Shown: positions 27,401 to 40,888, counted from the first letter of the whole stretch. The stretch: DNA of 63,176 nucleotides, filler included, from Reticulomyxa filosa (GCA_000512085.1; 21 parts of 21 records of this genome joined end to end with filler, not necessarily neighbours in it); one strand, 5' to 3'. A program made the numbers and translations. Notes: a model not told the origin generated them from the sequence alone.

Positions 27401-28532
27401 TTATTTTATTTTTTTACTAAAAATTTAGATGCATTGTTATGCATCAGTAATTGTTGAATTTTCCTTCATTTCGCAAGAGCAATAACAATGATACATAATG
27501 GTGATTAGCACATTAATTGAACTTTGTTTTACATCTCATGCAGCAGCGGTCTTCTTTGCATAGTCGACTTTTCCATTTACAGTATGTGCTGCTGTTTTTA
27601 CACATTCATTGTCTTTGACAGCGCACCCAACTGATGTTTTGCCCGATTTCTTGGCATTTATCACCTCTTTGCCTGTTCGTGGACGCTATGCTACTGTCCA
27701 ACAATATTATGAGTTTTCAAAACAAAGACGACAGAAAAATGTTCATTTGCTCAAGATGTACTCATCCTAAACCGAAATATAACGATATGTATCTGGATAA
27801 TTTAAATCACATTTCAATTTTTTCTTATCTTTTGGCCTACTGAACCCGTTTTTAAGTTCCATGTTGAATATCTTAAATTTGTGTCAAAAAAAAGTTTTTA
27901 TACTCTTTGGATTCATTAAATATGTATCACTTTTAAAGCATTTTTTGATACATCATAAGCAATCTTATACAATTAATATTAGAGTAGTCCTCTACGATTA
28001 GTGCAATTAACTGAAAAAAATGAACGGTTTTTTTTTCATTATCTTCTACTTTCATTAAAAATCAAATGCACTTTTTGGATTTTCCACAAAGTCTCTCAAA
28101 AATGATGAAGACATTAAAATAAATTATTTGACAGATGCAAGAGTTCTTTAAATTCAAACATTTAAAATGGTAAATTATGTTTATTGTTTACACTTAAGTA
28201 AAATTTTTTGTAGTTAGAGTTGAGGTTGGATACAAAGGAGGGATAAGACAAAGACGAAGACGAAAAAATCTTTACGATTTATTTTTTGTTCGATGCAAGC
28301 AAATCCATGTCCATTGATCGTTTATTGTTCGAGTTTGTGGTTATTAGATTTAGCCAAGAAAAAATCAATTTGCTTTTTTTTTTAGAAACGCAAAATATAT
28401 TGCGCAATGTATGCAAAGTTATGTTGCTTTGCATTGCAATGAGAATTCTTCAAAAAATTGCACCATATTATTTTAAATTGGCATCAACGATTTAATTTAA
28501 ACTTTTTAAAAAAAATTTAGAATGAGGATATA

Positions 28533-29138
28533 TTAATCGGTAGATAATTTATTTCGTCTTGCTCTTTTGCTCGGAGGCAATGTTTGATTGCCAGTGTCGT
28601 AAAATTTTTTCAACATTGCAATGGCTTCTTCACTTCGAAATCCACCGACAGAAGAATAAGGTGTTGCATTTTGAGGGAGTCCAACTTGAAATGAATTGTA
28701 TTCAGGTTTTAAATGATTGAACAAATTAATCGTAAATACACTACCATTTCCTCCAAATTTGTTATTTTGACACCCATAAAATACTTTTTGAATACCAATC
28801 AGCGATAAGGCTGCTGCACACATGATACATGGCTCAACAGTGACATACAAGACACACTCATGCAAATTGCATTTTTTATGTTGAATTATTTCATGTATCG
28901 AGATGATCTCACAATGCTTCGTTCCGTTTTTTGTGACATTGGTTTGGTTGTGCGCTTTCGCAATAATCGTTTCATTATTGTGAACAATTACACACCCAAC
29001 TGGTACCTCGTTGTGTATCAACGCCAAACGCGCCTGGTTAAGAGCCTCGATCATGAATTCATCTTTGTAATCTGCATTCTGGAGTTTTTCGTTCTTGTTG
29101 TTAGTAGACAGCGAAATGTCATGACATTTTTCTTCCAT
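28533..29138 (-). CDS. ADAT2: tRNA-specific adenosine-34 deaminase catalytic subunit (Tad2)
   Basis: EVPVGCVIV, N.TN..KNGTKHCE, LYVTVEPCIMCAAAL, YGCQNNKFGGNGSV, LKKFY..GN. Intronless and complete. Confidence 0.93.
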   Translation of the reverse strand: MEEKCHDISLSTNNKNEKLQNADYKDEFMIEALNQARLALIHNEVPVGCVIVHNNETIIAKAHNQTNVTKNGTKHCEIISIHEIIQHKKCNLHECVLYVTVEPCIMCAAALSLIGIQKVFYGCQNNKFGGNGSVFTINLFNHLKPEYNSFQVGLPQNATPYSSVGGFRSEEAIAMLKKFYDTGNQTLPPSKRARRNKLSTD

Positions 29139-29698
29139 TTAAGAGAAGAGAAAGAAATTGTTCAGGCTTTTTTTTAACAAAAGTATTTTCTTCTGACGAC
29201 GGGGTTTGTGGGACGTTATACATGAATGTATGTAAAGTGTATTCAATTAAAATAAAAATTTAAATTAAAATTCCTCTTGAAAGATAAAAAAAATTAACAG
29301 AAAAAGGCAAATGTTGTACCTAAATATTTTTTAATTAAAATCTAAAATTTACACGCCAAAGGTCAGTAAGAAATGACTGTCAGTACTCTGCTCTATATGT
29401 TATTCAAGTTAATTGATCATAGTTTATTTAAACGTGGTGTTGAGCCAGCAGGACCATTTATTTTTTTGGCTAAATGGGGAAATGTTTGAATCGTCACTGG
29501 AACAACAAACGTTGTGAACTTTGGAATGTTGCTGTCCTTAAAAATTCAGTAATCACAATCGACAATCTATCAATTGAGGTATCTTAAATTTTGTATATGT
29601 TGTAACTAGTGTATAGAGAAAATGAAATACGGGAGAAAAAAACCCTTTGAAGTATAATAATAACATTGATCATTGCCAAAGGATTAGTAAAGACAGTA

Positions 29699-30401
29699 AT
29701 GTTGGGAAATTGTTGGCGACCATATTCGGCTGTGTGGACCCTGGCGCGGGGTCTTCACGCGCAGAATGTTGAAGTAAGATTCCAAGGAGCGAAACTGTTG
29801 CGCTTTGGAGCAGCACGTTATGTGTCCTCACCACCATCACCATCCGAGGAAGTGACAAGCGAGGCAAAGGAAGAGACAGAAGAGTCAGCATCAGAAGTGG
29901 CCGAAAATAAGCAAGCAGCAAAAGACATTGTTCGTGAGTTGTGTTTTTTTTTTTTTTGTGGAATGTACTGAACATTTGGTATGACCCTTTTTTTTTTTTT
30001 TTTTTTTATAAAAAAAAAGTATACACAAAGGATGGAACAAGCGCGGAAGCAAGCAGGAACATGGTACCAAGAAGTAGAAAGGACGAAGCCATATGTTCCG
30101 ATGCCACGTGTGGAGGGACCCTCTCCGTTCGTGGAACGCCGCTATAAGAACGAGCTCGAATACACATCGCTGCGCAAGCTGGAGCTGCCGTTGAGTGTCA
30201 CGACGCCGTTGAACGGATGTCCGCAAACGTGGATTTACAACAGCAATGGCGATCGTCTGCGTGTGTGCCAGTTGTCGCCCAACTTGTTTCACCAAGACAT
30301 TCGCATTGATATCTTGCATCGATGTGTCACGTACGAACACAACTGCAAAAGAGGATGGACTTGGGACATTGTTAAAAACAGAGCAGAAGTGCGAGGCTCA
30401 A
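29699..30401 (+). CDS. MRPL4: Mitochondrial ribosomal protein uL4m, 5' exons (intron 29938-30030)
   Basis: Arg-rich presequence-like N-terminus; LFHQDIRIDILHRCV.....KRG....VKNRAEVRGS. Confidence 0.8.
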
Positions 30402-30582
30402 GTTTGTCTTTTTTTTTTTAAAAAAAAAAAAATTTTTGTAGTCCCCTTTTTTTTTTTTTTTTTTTTTTTTTTNNNNNNNNNNNNNNNNNNNNNNNNNNNN
30501 NNNNNNNNNNNNNNNNTTAATTAATTAANNNNNNNNNNNNNNNNNNNNNNNNNNNNNNNNNNNNNNNNNNNNTTTGCAAACA

Positions 30583-31093
30583 GTGGCAAGGTGTTGAAGG
30601 AGAAAAGTGGAGTCCAGGTATGTTAGTTAATTATAAGTAGTTTGAGACAAAGATATTCCCTATTGTAATAACTACAATCATGCATGCTTGCATGTAGATA
30701 TACATATATGTACATATATATATATATAATTTTTTTTTTGTACATACTTGTACGTATTGCTTAGGTGTTTCCACATTTTTGCAAGTTTGCCTTTCAATCC
30801 AAAGCTTAATTTTCGTCAACGAGCCTTACTTTAATGAACCAGGCTATGAAAAACAGATTGGAACGCCTCAGGGAATACAACAATCAACAAGTTACAATAA
30901 AACGATCCAGGAGCAGTGTGTCCGTTGGGCGATGATTGATGTCTTGCAAAATCCTCCAAAGTGCTTTGAAAACGTTGTCAAAACACACTTCAAATTGTCA
31001 AAAGATCGCGTTCTTAAAAACTCCCGATTGTGGCTAGGGGATACTCATGCGTTGGTAAAACAGTTGGAGGGATTGTTGGAGGGTCTGAAATAG
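30583..31093 (+). CDS. Ubiquitin-conjugating (UBC) domain C-terminus, BIRC6/UBE2Z type
   Basis: [11 protein letters not shown]|[29 protein letters not shown]...YN..I....VRWAM....NPP..FE.VVKTHF. Confidence 0.88.
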
Positions 31094-31529
31094 AAAAGTA
31101 AATAACAGCAACAAAATGATCGCTTGTGTTTAGTGTGAAATTGTTGCATTTGTCTATCTTCTACTCTTCTTTTTTTTTTTTTTTCTCCTTGCAGTGTTCA
31201 ATTTTTTTATATTAATATATTACTTTTTTAAATGTTTCATTAACGTGGTTTCTTCAATTTGAAACAAACTATTCAATAATATAAGTATACATAATCTATA
31301 TCATAAAAAACAGCCACCATTGTTATTCAAAGCACTTCAATGTTTGTGCTTAGATGTAAGAAAGGGAAATAAAGGCGCTAAAAAAAAAATAATAATAAAG
31401 AAGTAGAAAACAAAATAAACATGGTCAAAGTAATTAGCAATGACAAATGAATAGTTGCAACGTTTTAATATGGTATAACGTGCAGACAGAAAGGTTACTC
31501 AAAATTTATAAAATTGCAAATGAAAAAAG

Positions 31530-32230
31530 ATGATCAGATCTGAAGAAGAACAGAAATGTGAAGTTGCCACAAAAATATGGGTCTGCACTTGGAATATGGC
31601 TGCAAAGTCACATTTTCCAATGCTGACCACAGAAGCAGGCACTAAACGTGTGGACACAAGTAAAACGAGCGAATTGGAGAATATTATTCCCACCAACTAT
31701 GATGTAAACATATGAATGCAATCAATCACATCTATTTTGGAGGGAAGGAGAGAGAGAGAGATATCTGAAAGGGTCAATCAATTAAAAGGAGATTTTTTTT
31801 GTTGTTGTTAAAAAATTGGAGAGAGGGGGGGGGGGGGGATGGGACACCACAAAAAAAAATAAAATATATATGTATATACATATATATGCATATATAGATA
31901 TATGTATTTGGGGTACAAGAAGGAGTAGATGATGGATATTTCGAATTGTTAGAAGCATATTTGAAAACCAAAGAAATCCAAAGGTATGACATATCTCCAA
32001 AGGAAGACCGAGTGGAAGGCCGCGGAGATGGATCGTTTATAAATTCGAAATACACAGGCATCAGTGTATTTGTGAACAAAGAGAAGAAGGACGTTATCCA
32101 ATTTAAAAAAGCAGGCGCCGTATCTGCTGGAATGATGGAAGGGTCCAAAGGTGCCGCCGGTGTGGTTTTAAAAGTGTATGGAGTGTCTATCTGTTTCATT
32201 GCCGCTCATATGTCATGCAATGCGCCACCA
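31530..32230 (+). CDS. Inositol polyphosphate 5-phosphatase, 5' part
   Basis: IWVCTWNM, D|IYVFGVQE, GSKGAAGV....ICFIAAHM. Confidence 0.9.
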
Positions 32231-32310
32231 GTTATCCTTAACTTTTTTTTTTTAAACAATTGAGAGAAAAAGAAGTATATAAACATATATGCATATATGT
32301 TTATATATAC

Positions 32311-32345
<35 letters not shown>

Positions 32346-32577
32346 NNNNNNNNNNNNNNNNNNNNNNNNNNNNNNNNNNNNNNNNNNNNTTAATTAATTA
32401 ANNNNNNNNNNNNNNNNNNNNNNNNNNNNNNNNNNNNNNNNNNNNCATATGCATATGCATATGTAGATGTACATATGTAGATGTACATATGTAGATGTAC
32501 GTGTTATGTAATTGTTTGGAAATTTTCAATGATTTCATTGCAAAGGACATAAAAATACTCCCTTTCTCAATATCAAC

Positions 32578-32998
32578 TTCGTCATTCATTGCCCATCCAC
32601 CCAAATTGAACTGTAGCTGTCCGCTTGCAACCAAGGCGCGAACTTTTTCTTTCATTCCGTCACTCTGTTCATTCCACCACCGTGAAAAATAGGCTTGCTC
32701 TACATATGTAAATTTGTGAAAAGGATCACCGCTTAGTATTGGTATTAGTGTATATAGTATCCATTGCACCTCCTCGATATAATACTCGTCCGTTGTCATC
32801 AACCAACCTGTTTTCATAATTTTTTTGTTTCTTGACACTTTGCGTTGGCAAAAAAAAAAGCAACACAAATGTACCAACGTCATCATGGGTATGCGCTACA
32901 ATATGAACAGTGATGTGGTCTCCACTCACTTGACTTTTGCCAATGTCACAAGCCAAGGCAAGTGACAAAAACACAGCCCAAATGTTGGAATAACTCAT
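32578..32998 (-). CDS. Lysosomal-type alpha-mannosidase (GH38), 5' exons
   Basis: Signal peptide; VHIVAHTHDDVG|WL, FTYVEQAYFSRWW, GQLQFNLGGWAMNDE. Confidence 0.95.
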
Positions 32999-33501
32999 TT
33001 TTCTGGGTTTCCCAACAAAACAATTACAACTGCCTCTTTTGCGCTCGTATGTATTCTTAAAAGATAATGCATCACATACAAGTTTTCAAAGCAATTGCTA
33101 AAGAATATGGGACAGAAATGTATTTTAGTTTCAGCCTAGGAGCAGTCAATTTTCAAAAACAATTCTGAATTAAACAAACAAAGGTAAACAGCGTATAGGA
33201 AAAAAATATTAACAGCAAAAAAAAAAAAAAGAAAAACAAAAACAGTTGTGTCAGTAGAATAACGCTTGATCACTAAGATTACATTTGTGCTCAACAATGC
33301 TGAACAGCAGCATTGTTCACACATTTGTTTATTTATATATATATTTTATTTTATATTTTGTTTTTTTAAGTGATCAAACACTGTCATGCTATTCACAAAA
33401 GATTAAACACAACAAATGCACAAAAAAACATGCACAAAACATGCAAAAACAAAAAAAGAAAAAACAGAGCTTCACAAGTTTTCCAACAAACAAAAAGAAT
33501 T

Positions 33502-36500
33502 TTAGTTTTTAGGGGTATCTGCGGTTTTTACATTAGTACCTGGTAATTTGCTGGAGTTTTCTTGGGCCATTTTTTTTACTAAATTCCAGTTCGTTTTGCG
33601 TCGGGTCTATCGGACACCAAACAAACCCAATGGTAAAAAAATAAAATATGTATAAATATTTTTTTTTTGAGATGAGTTTCAGAAGAAACCTGTTGTTCAA
33701 TTTTAGTCAAATATCTAGATTTTTTCTCAGCGACATCCTTGTCATGTTTTTTAACAAGGGGAAGAAGTTTGGAGTAATCGGTTTGGTTGAGCAGCTCCAA
33801 AGTGTGTATGGCAAAGCTATCGTAGGGTCGTATTTTGGGGATAGGTGAATCATCATTGTCATTGGTCTTTTGGTCATGCTCTGTCCATCCGGATGCCTTG
33901 GTTGTGTTGACATCAACAGGGATGCCGCCACTACTGCTTAATCTGGACAAGACTTTGGTGCGTTGTTCAGCGACATCTTGGCCGACATTGGCATAGCGTT
34001 TGCCAACTTTAAAAGGAAAAGGCGGGAGTTTGCCATAGGCCAAAGCCTTTGCAGTGGCTTCTTGAGCATCTTTTTCACGGATTTCCATGCGCGTCAAGAA
34101 TTGTTGCATTTCTTTCCAATACTCGGTATCTTTGGTGCGATAGATATTTTCGACTGTCTGACTGGACAATCTCAATTGCTGGTTGCTGTGATTGCGGTTT
34201 TGGAAGAATGCGCCAACCAATTTGGGCAAAAATACCTTTCTGTCGTAGTCCACCAACTGTTGCATCGACAACTCCTTCCACGCAGCAATGGCACGTTCGG
34301 CGACAGGCTGTCGTGGAGACAACATGCACTCTGTGAGTTGGTCCGCGGTTGCGATCAAGATTTTCTTATGTGACTTGAAGTCGAATCCGTCCGGGTGGTT
34401 CAGCAATACCGCGACGATGTTCACAACTTCCATTATGAATACCTCCTCTTTTTGAGCTGATTGCTTCGGCCAATACCGAAGTAGCCCACCCAATACAACT
34501 GCAGCGCCTTTTATATCTTTCGAGACATAGTTGACACAACATTGGGTCAGATGCTCCCAGAATTTCAAGTGGCCACGACACTGCCATATTTTATAATACA
34601 ATTGGTGAACAATTTAAGAGATTAAAAGTTGATATAATTTTAAGATCCCTCTCCCCCCCCCCCTCCTCCGTCCCCACTATTACCATCTCTTTTCAATATA
34701 CATAACTTTATGCAATGGAACTAAAATAGTTCTCAAAAATCTTTGCCACATTTCTTTGACAGGCAAAGTAAGTCCTGGGATAATGGCAGATACAATTTGC
34801 AACAGTTCGATAATCCCGTTGAAGTGATCTGTGTCCGAATAGATCATACGGTACAAATAGTGACACACCGAATCTATTATGCGCATTCGCATTTTCAAAC
34901 AACGTCCGTACAGCTTGTGCACTATCATCGTCAAATATTCGCGCTCTCTGTTATCATCGCTCGCGAAAAGTTCCACCAGGTTGCGCAAAAACGAACCCCC
35001 CATATGTTTCTATTATCCGACAACGGAATAACAGTGAGTGATACAAAAAAAAAAATCAGAAAATAAATAAATACATAAAAAAAAATGGACAGTCAGCAAA
35101 ATCATAACTTCCATAATTTGTGCGGACACTTGTGTCGTGTTGATCACTCGCCAGGTCAAATCATACACCAGTTTCAAATGTCTCCAGGATGGATCTTCAA
35201 AAGCGACTTCCTTTTCAAACACTTCGTCGTGGAAGAACATCAGCGAAGGAGGACGGAATTGATATGGCAACGCTCGGAACAAATTCACGCTAATGGTTCT
35301 CAGACAATCTTCGAACAGTGACTCTTTATACCAATTGAATCGCGATATGTAATCGATTAGATCTTCCAAATATTCCCTTTTTTTTTTATCATTTGCAGCT
35401 TCACGCGGGTCTTTTTTCAATCCACATTTGCCAAAAAGTCGGGAGGAAAAAAAAAAAAAAATCAAACATAAAAATTATTTGTGGATACAATATATGTACA
35501 AAAATCAGTATGGACAGCATATATTTGTGTATACATACATATATTTATATATGTATATGTATACGTAGAAAAACGTACTGATTCATCAAAGTCACAAGTG
35601 GCACGACAAAGTCTCAGTTTGACCACGAAAACGTCCTCACGGAGTTGTTCAGGGGTCTCTGCAATTAGTGGGGCCTTCATTTCGAATAGGTCTTTTCTGA
35701 GTCCTTTCAAAAGGATGGTTCTTTTTTTGGGCTTTTCAGCGAGGATTTCTTTGCGTATTTCCTCTGCCCTCCCATTTTTATCTTCACACAATTGCATCCA
35801 TTTTTCAAATGGCAAATGCTCTTTTGCTACAGCTTCAGCGCTTTCCTCGTCGTCGTCACCATTTTCATCTTCATCATCTTCTTCCTCTTCCTCCTCCTCT
35901 TCTTCTTCTTCTTCTTCGTCTTTTTCATGTTCGTTCTCATTTCCATCTTCTTCTTCTTCTTCTTCCTCATTGTCTGCGTGTTTGCGTTTGCTCTTGCCTT
36001 TGCTGGCCTTGCCCTTTGCGCCGACTTTTCCAGGTTTTTCTGCCTTTTCTTCCTCCTGTTGTTCCGTGTCTTTTTCTTGATCTTTGTCTTTATCCTTATC
36101 CTTATCCTTATCTTTATCTTTATCTGACGATTCATTCGGTTGCGATCGTGATGGTGATGGGATAACGCTGTCGCGCATGGCCACCTCTAAATCGTCAATT
36201 GTGAAGATGACTCGCTTCTTCGTTCTGCTTTTTCGGGGCAGTGTCTGATCGATGCTAGTCCCATTGATTTGTTTTGCTTCACTTGGAGTTGTGGCTGTGG
36301 ATGCAGGATCTTTGCCGTCAGTCTCAGTCGATTTCTGTTTATCACTTTCCTTTTCTTTTTCCTTTGGGGTTGCTCTTTTGGAACTTTGTCTTTTGAAACT
36401 TTGCTTTTTGGGACTTTGCTTCTTTGGACTAGATCGACTCACACTCTGCTCATCTTCGTTATCTTCTTCGTCATCATCTCTGCTTTGTTGTCTGCCCACT

Positions 36501-37117
36501 TCCTCCTCTTCGTCATCATCTTCATCCACCTTGGGCACAACGGCCTTTGTTTCAATGTCTTGCTCGCCACTTTCTCTTTTCAATTTTTCCACCGCTTTTT
36601 TTTTTGCTGAAAGAGCTGGGCTTGAATTCGCTCAGTTGCATTGGCTCGTCGTCTGTTGGGGAGTTCAGCTCGCCGAGCGGTATCACATCCGATAGATTAC
36701 CCGTTGACCTGGAAAGTTCTTCCACTATTTCGTCCGTCGCTTCTCGCTGGTGTTCTTTTTCGTCTTCGTCCTCGTTGATTGTGGTCACTATACCACTCAT
36801 TATCGAATTCGCTTTTCCTTCTTTTTCTTTTTCTTTTTCCTTTTCCTTTTCTTTTTTTTTGGTGAATCGCTTCCCACGTCAATTACGCTTTTTGAACTCT
36901 TCTTTTTAATATGTCCGCTGCTGCCTTTGCTCGTCGCACTGCTTTTGTCGACTACCCTTTTTGGCAATATTGACACACTTTCTTCCTCGATGGTTGGACT
37001 TGAAGCCTGTCTCACCAGTCTTTTCTCACTTGGACTTTTCCCCAAGCTTTCCGACTTTTCGTGGCCCGTCGTTCGCGGTGTTTTCTTTTCTTCCTCTGGG
37101 TCTTCACTTACTGATTC
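33502..37117 (-). CDS. PP2A regulatory subunit B' (B56) domain preceded by a long acidic/low-complexity region; multi-exon
   Basis: FVVKLRLC..CDF, VNLFRALP, EDPSWRHLKLVYD, LFASDDNREREYL..IVHKLYG, ILVPLHK, GLLRYWPK..KEEVF..E, VAERA. Last exon ends ...DTPKN* at 33502. Confidence 0.92.
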
Positions 37118-37511
37118 TTTTCATACCATTGTTCCGACCCACACACATACACATACACAACTTATACATACCAACACATTGAATACATCATATACTACGA
37201 ATCAATTCCTTCATTGATTTGCATTCCTCCAAATAGGGGCAAAAGGGGAGGGGGGGGGGGAAAAAAAAAGTACTTTCTTTTTTAATAATTTTTTTATAAG
37301 TTATGTATACAATGTCGAAAAGGGGGCAAAACAAAAATCCTCTGACGCAAAGTCGCTTTTTTTTTCTCCTCTTTCTTTCCCTTGTTTAATTCGTATTTTA
37401 AATTAATCACAAGAAAGTAATATTGCACTTGCGAATCATTGGAAAGTGTATTTGTTATGTCGGAGAGAGAGGAGGAGGGAAGGAGAAAGAGAAAAAGATT
37501 TTGTTTTGGAC

Positions 37512-38727
37512 CTATTCTCTTTGTCAGAACAAAAATTCCGCGATTGGGTTCGCATTCAAAATAATATTGATCTTTAACAGTGCCATTATTTGCTCCATTG
37601 GGTTCATCTAACTCTAATCCGTACCAAACTCCCTTTTTTTTTTTTTTTCATGTAACCCCCCCCCTTTGTTATCTGAATACGTAGCCCCCCGCCCCCCCCC
37701 CCAAAAAAAAAACAAAATAATATCAATAATATTAGGGGGGGAAAAAAAATGAAACTGTGTCAAAATGCACTCGGCCAAAGTATCGGATGATTCCACGCAA
37801 ACTCTTTTTTTTTAGAAACACAAACTCTGTCTCCGATTGTGAATTTGTAAGTCTCCGGGGCTATTGATTGATATTATTCATTCGTAGCATGTATATATTT
37901 TGTGTGTGTATACACACATATACACATATATGTATATATGTATATATCTAGTTTTATGGGTATGTTCTTTTTTTTTTTTTTTGAATATTATTGGATTTGT
38001 TCGTCGTCGTTGTGCAAGACACTCTTTTGTTTGTTTGTTTGTTTGTTAGTTAGTTAAGCATACAATGAATGACTTTTTCAACGGTTGAGATGGGCGCCCA
38101 TATGATTGCTTCTTCGACCATTCGCTCTTCATTTTCATCTGCACCGTCCTTCGGTGGAATAGGAGTTACTACCATTAATCGGACCCATACGCCTTGACGA
38201 TTCTGCTTTGGGCCGACAAGTGTGACTTCACCCTCAGTTTTGTTTTTCAAGCGAACCTATATGTTTTTTATATGTTTATTTACCTTTTTTTTTTTTTTTT
38301 TTTTTTCTCTATCTCCATCTCTATCTCTATCCAACCCTGTCTCCCCTCCTCCTCCTCCTCCTCCGATCTCTTCTTTTTGCTCTCTTTTTGTGTTTGGATC
38401 TTTAATCATAACTTTGTCTCCCACAAATGGAATAATCTTCGGCTGTGTCGGTTTTTGAGGGGTGCGAGGGAGTGCCGATTTTTCTGCCTTGTCACCAGGT
38501 GGCGACGATGCTTGAGCTACCTTGCTGCTTGCTGCTTTTATTAAGACATCTGAAGCACTTTTTATCACTTTTGCATTCTTCAGTTTTTGTACTTTGGGCT
38601 TGCTTGCTGGTGATGTTGCATCTTCACTTTCAACCGTTTTTTTGTTTTTATCGCTGTCGGCTTGTGTTTTGCTTCCGTTAGCTGTCTCACTTGTATCTGT
38701 GTCTTTTTTTCCCCAAGTTTTTGGCAT
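37512..38727 (-). CDS. CAP-Gly-containing 5' exons (one degenerate and one canonical domain); possibly the 5' end of the B56 gene
   Basis: FVGDK|VRLKNKTEGEVTLVG..GVWV; YKFTIGDRVCV(shift in an A-run)LRGIIRYFGRVHFDT|GVWYGLELDEPNGANNGTVKDQYYFECEPNRGIFV. Confidence 0.88.
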
Positions 38728-39379
38728 TTGATATTGTTATTGTTTCGATAATGTTAACAAATTTTTTTTTCTTTTGTTCAATTGATTATCTCAAGTTCGT
38801 CTCCACAACCTTTATCTGAGCAACTTTTTTTTGGTGTCTCAATTTTTTCTCCCCCTTTGTACTGTTTTCCACCTTTATAAAGTAACTATAGTAATCATAC
38901 GTTGTTTTATTTGTGTAAAAAGACACTGTGCTGATTTGCTCGTAGTAATAAATGAGTTTTAATTGTTCTTTTGGTAATCTCTTTTTATTTTCGTAGCAAC
39001 ATCTTTTTTTTTCCGACTTTTTTTACTTTGGTTAACTTTATCTGGTAATTTTTATTTGATGTTACCAGATGTAAGGAGTAAAGTCGGGCTTTTGTGGAAA
39101 CCAAAAAGGTTTTTTTTATTGAGACAAGTTATTACGTTCTTGGCTGCATTTAGCTTAGAGAATTGTCTGGGAAATAATATTGCATAATCTTTCCTGTATT
39201 TCGCTCACCACCATACCTCCTCTGAGCTTGACTTTTCGTTTTTTCAACCTGAATTTTCCAATCGTTATACACTTTCTCTTTTTTTGATTCAAAATACGAC
39301 AAACTCCAACAAAATTTATTCAAGAGATGCTTTCCCAAAAGTTGAGAAAACACCATTTTTGACCGGGGTTTGCTGCCAC

Positions 39380-40706
39380 AGATTTGAAAAGGACTAGTTG
39401 TCTGTTTGTCACCCAATCAAAAAATGGAAAGTGTTATTTTGGGGGTGGGAGGGGGGATGTAAATGTGAACAGAACGGATTTTCCAGGACTGAATGTGTAC
39501 AAATGTTTTGAGATTATTGAGCAACTGAATTCGATGAGATTTGGATTAAACGCAACCGAAATAAAAAGAGTTGAGGCTTTCAAAAAAGACCAAACAACAA
39601 ACAAATAAAATGTACACATTGCAATAAAACAAAACAAAATAAAAAATAGTCAAAAGAGCTCTTTTGGAATGTGTTGCGTGAAGAAGTGAATAAAATAAAT
39701 GACGGATACAAAGAGCGTGAGAGACAGTGTGTGGAACGATTTAAAGTGTTTGACTTCCAAACGTTTATTGTGAGTTCAATGCCTTGTGGTGGTCACTCGA
39801 CCCCACCTGTAACGACGATTGCAGTGAATAATCCCGCCGTCAAATGCGCGAGCGGCCATGGACTCGAACCCGAGCACGGAGTAAAACTGGAGACGACACA
39901 GAGCACAGTCCGAGTCAGCGAAAGCAAAAGAAAGCGTGGGGAAGCGTATGAGCGACGAAAAAAAAGTACATCAAAAGAAAGAAAGGGATGTGATTCTGCC
40001 ATGGGTGATCAAAAGATGTCAATGAGTGGTGAGACTCTAAATTCAAATTCAATTTCAATTTCAAATCCAAAGTTACAATCGGACAATGGAGTTTGTGCCA
40101 ATGAAAGACCTCTCAAGCATTGCAATCAGATAGCCCAATCCAATGTCACTCAACTGTTCCAAATGGCATTGCGAGAAGTGTATCCCGATTTTGAAGTCGC
40201 GCAAATGTCTGTTGCCATTACGCCGACCCATTCCGACCCTCTCGATGGCAATCCTTCAATCGGTTTTGCAGTTGGTCATGCAGGCAATGCCATCGACGAC
40301 GACAACGACAACGATAGCGACAATGACGACAATGACGACAAGACGACAACGACAGTAACGACGGCAATCCAACGGAATCATACGAACCCTTTTCTGACAA
40401 AGCGGCAAAATGCAAAGGCAAAGGCAAAGGCAAGGGCAAACACGCGACGACGACTGGCAATGACAATCTAACCCATTATACCAAGTTTTACTCGTTTTGT
40501 GAGCTGCTGCGAGATGTGCATCTGCTGAGAGACTTTACGATTCAGACTTTTGCCATCGTCACTCTACTGGTCAGAGAAATGAAGAAAATAGCTTATTCTT
40601 CCAACAGTCTCCAGGAAGTCAAGGAGTTTGATCAGAAGTTTCGGAGTCTATGTAATGTGGAGTTGTACACGTCCAACAATTTAGTGCGCCTTTGTACTCG
40701 AACCGG
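39380..40706 (+). CDS. Hypothetical spliced protein
   Basis: Coding-like higher-GC ORFs at 39384-39608, 39671-40471 and 40516-40737; no family recognised. Confidence 0.45.
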
Positions 40707-40857
40707 TATCTTGGGGGAGCGGGTGCTTTGTTCTTGAGTGCGTCTCTTTTTTTTTTTNNNNNNNNNNNNNNNNNNNNNNNNNNNNNNNNNNNNNNNNNNN
40801 NTTAATTAATTAANNNNNNNNNNNNNNNNNNNNNNNNNNNNNNNNNNNNNNNNNNNN

Positions 40858-40888
<31 letters not shown>

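Noticed and set aside
35481-37217. Many overlapping plus-strand ORFs (poly-S, poly-F, poly-L)
   Set aside because: Antisense shadows of the acidic low-complexity B56 linker. The same applies at 44544-45958 and 53395-54345.
36595-37815. Programmed ribosomal frameshifting at A-runs
   Set aside because: Indels at homopolymers occur in unrelated genes; pyrosequencing-type error is simpler and raw reads are needed.
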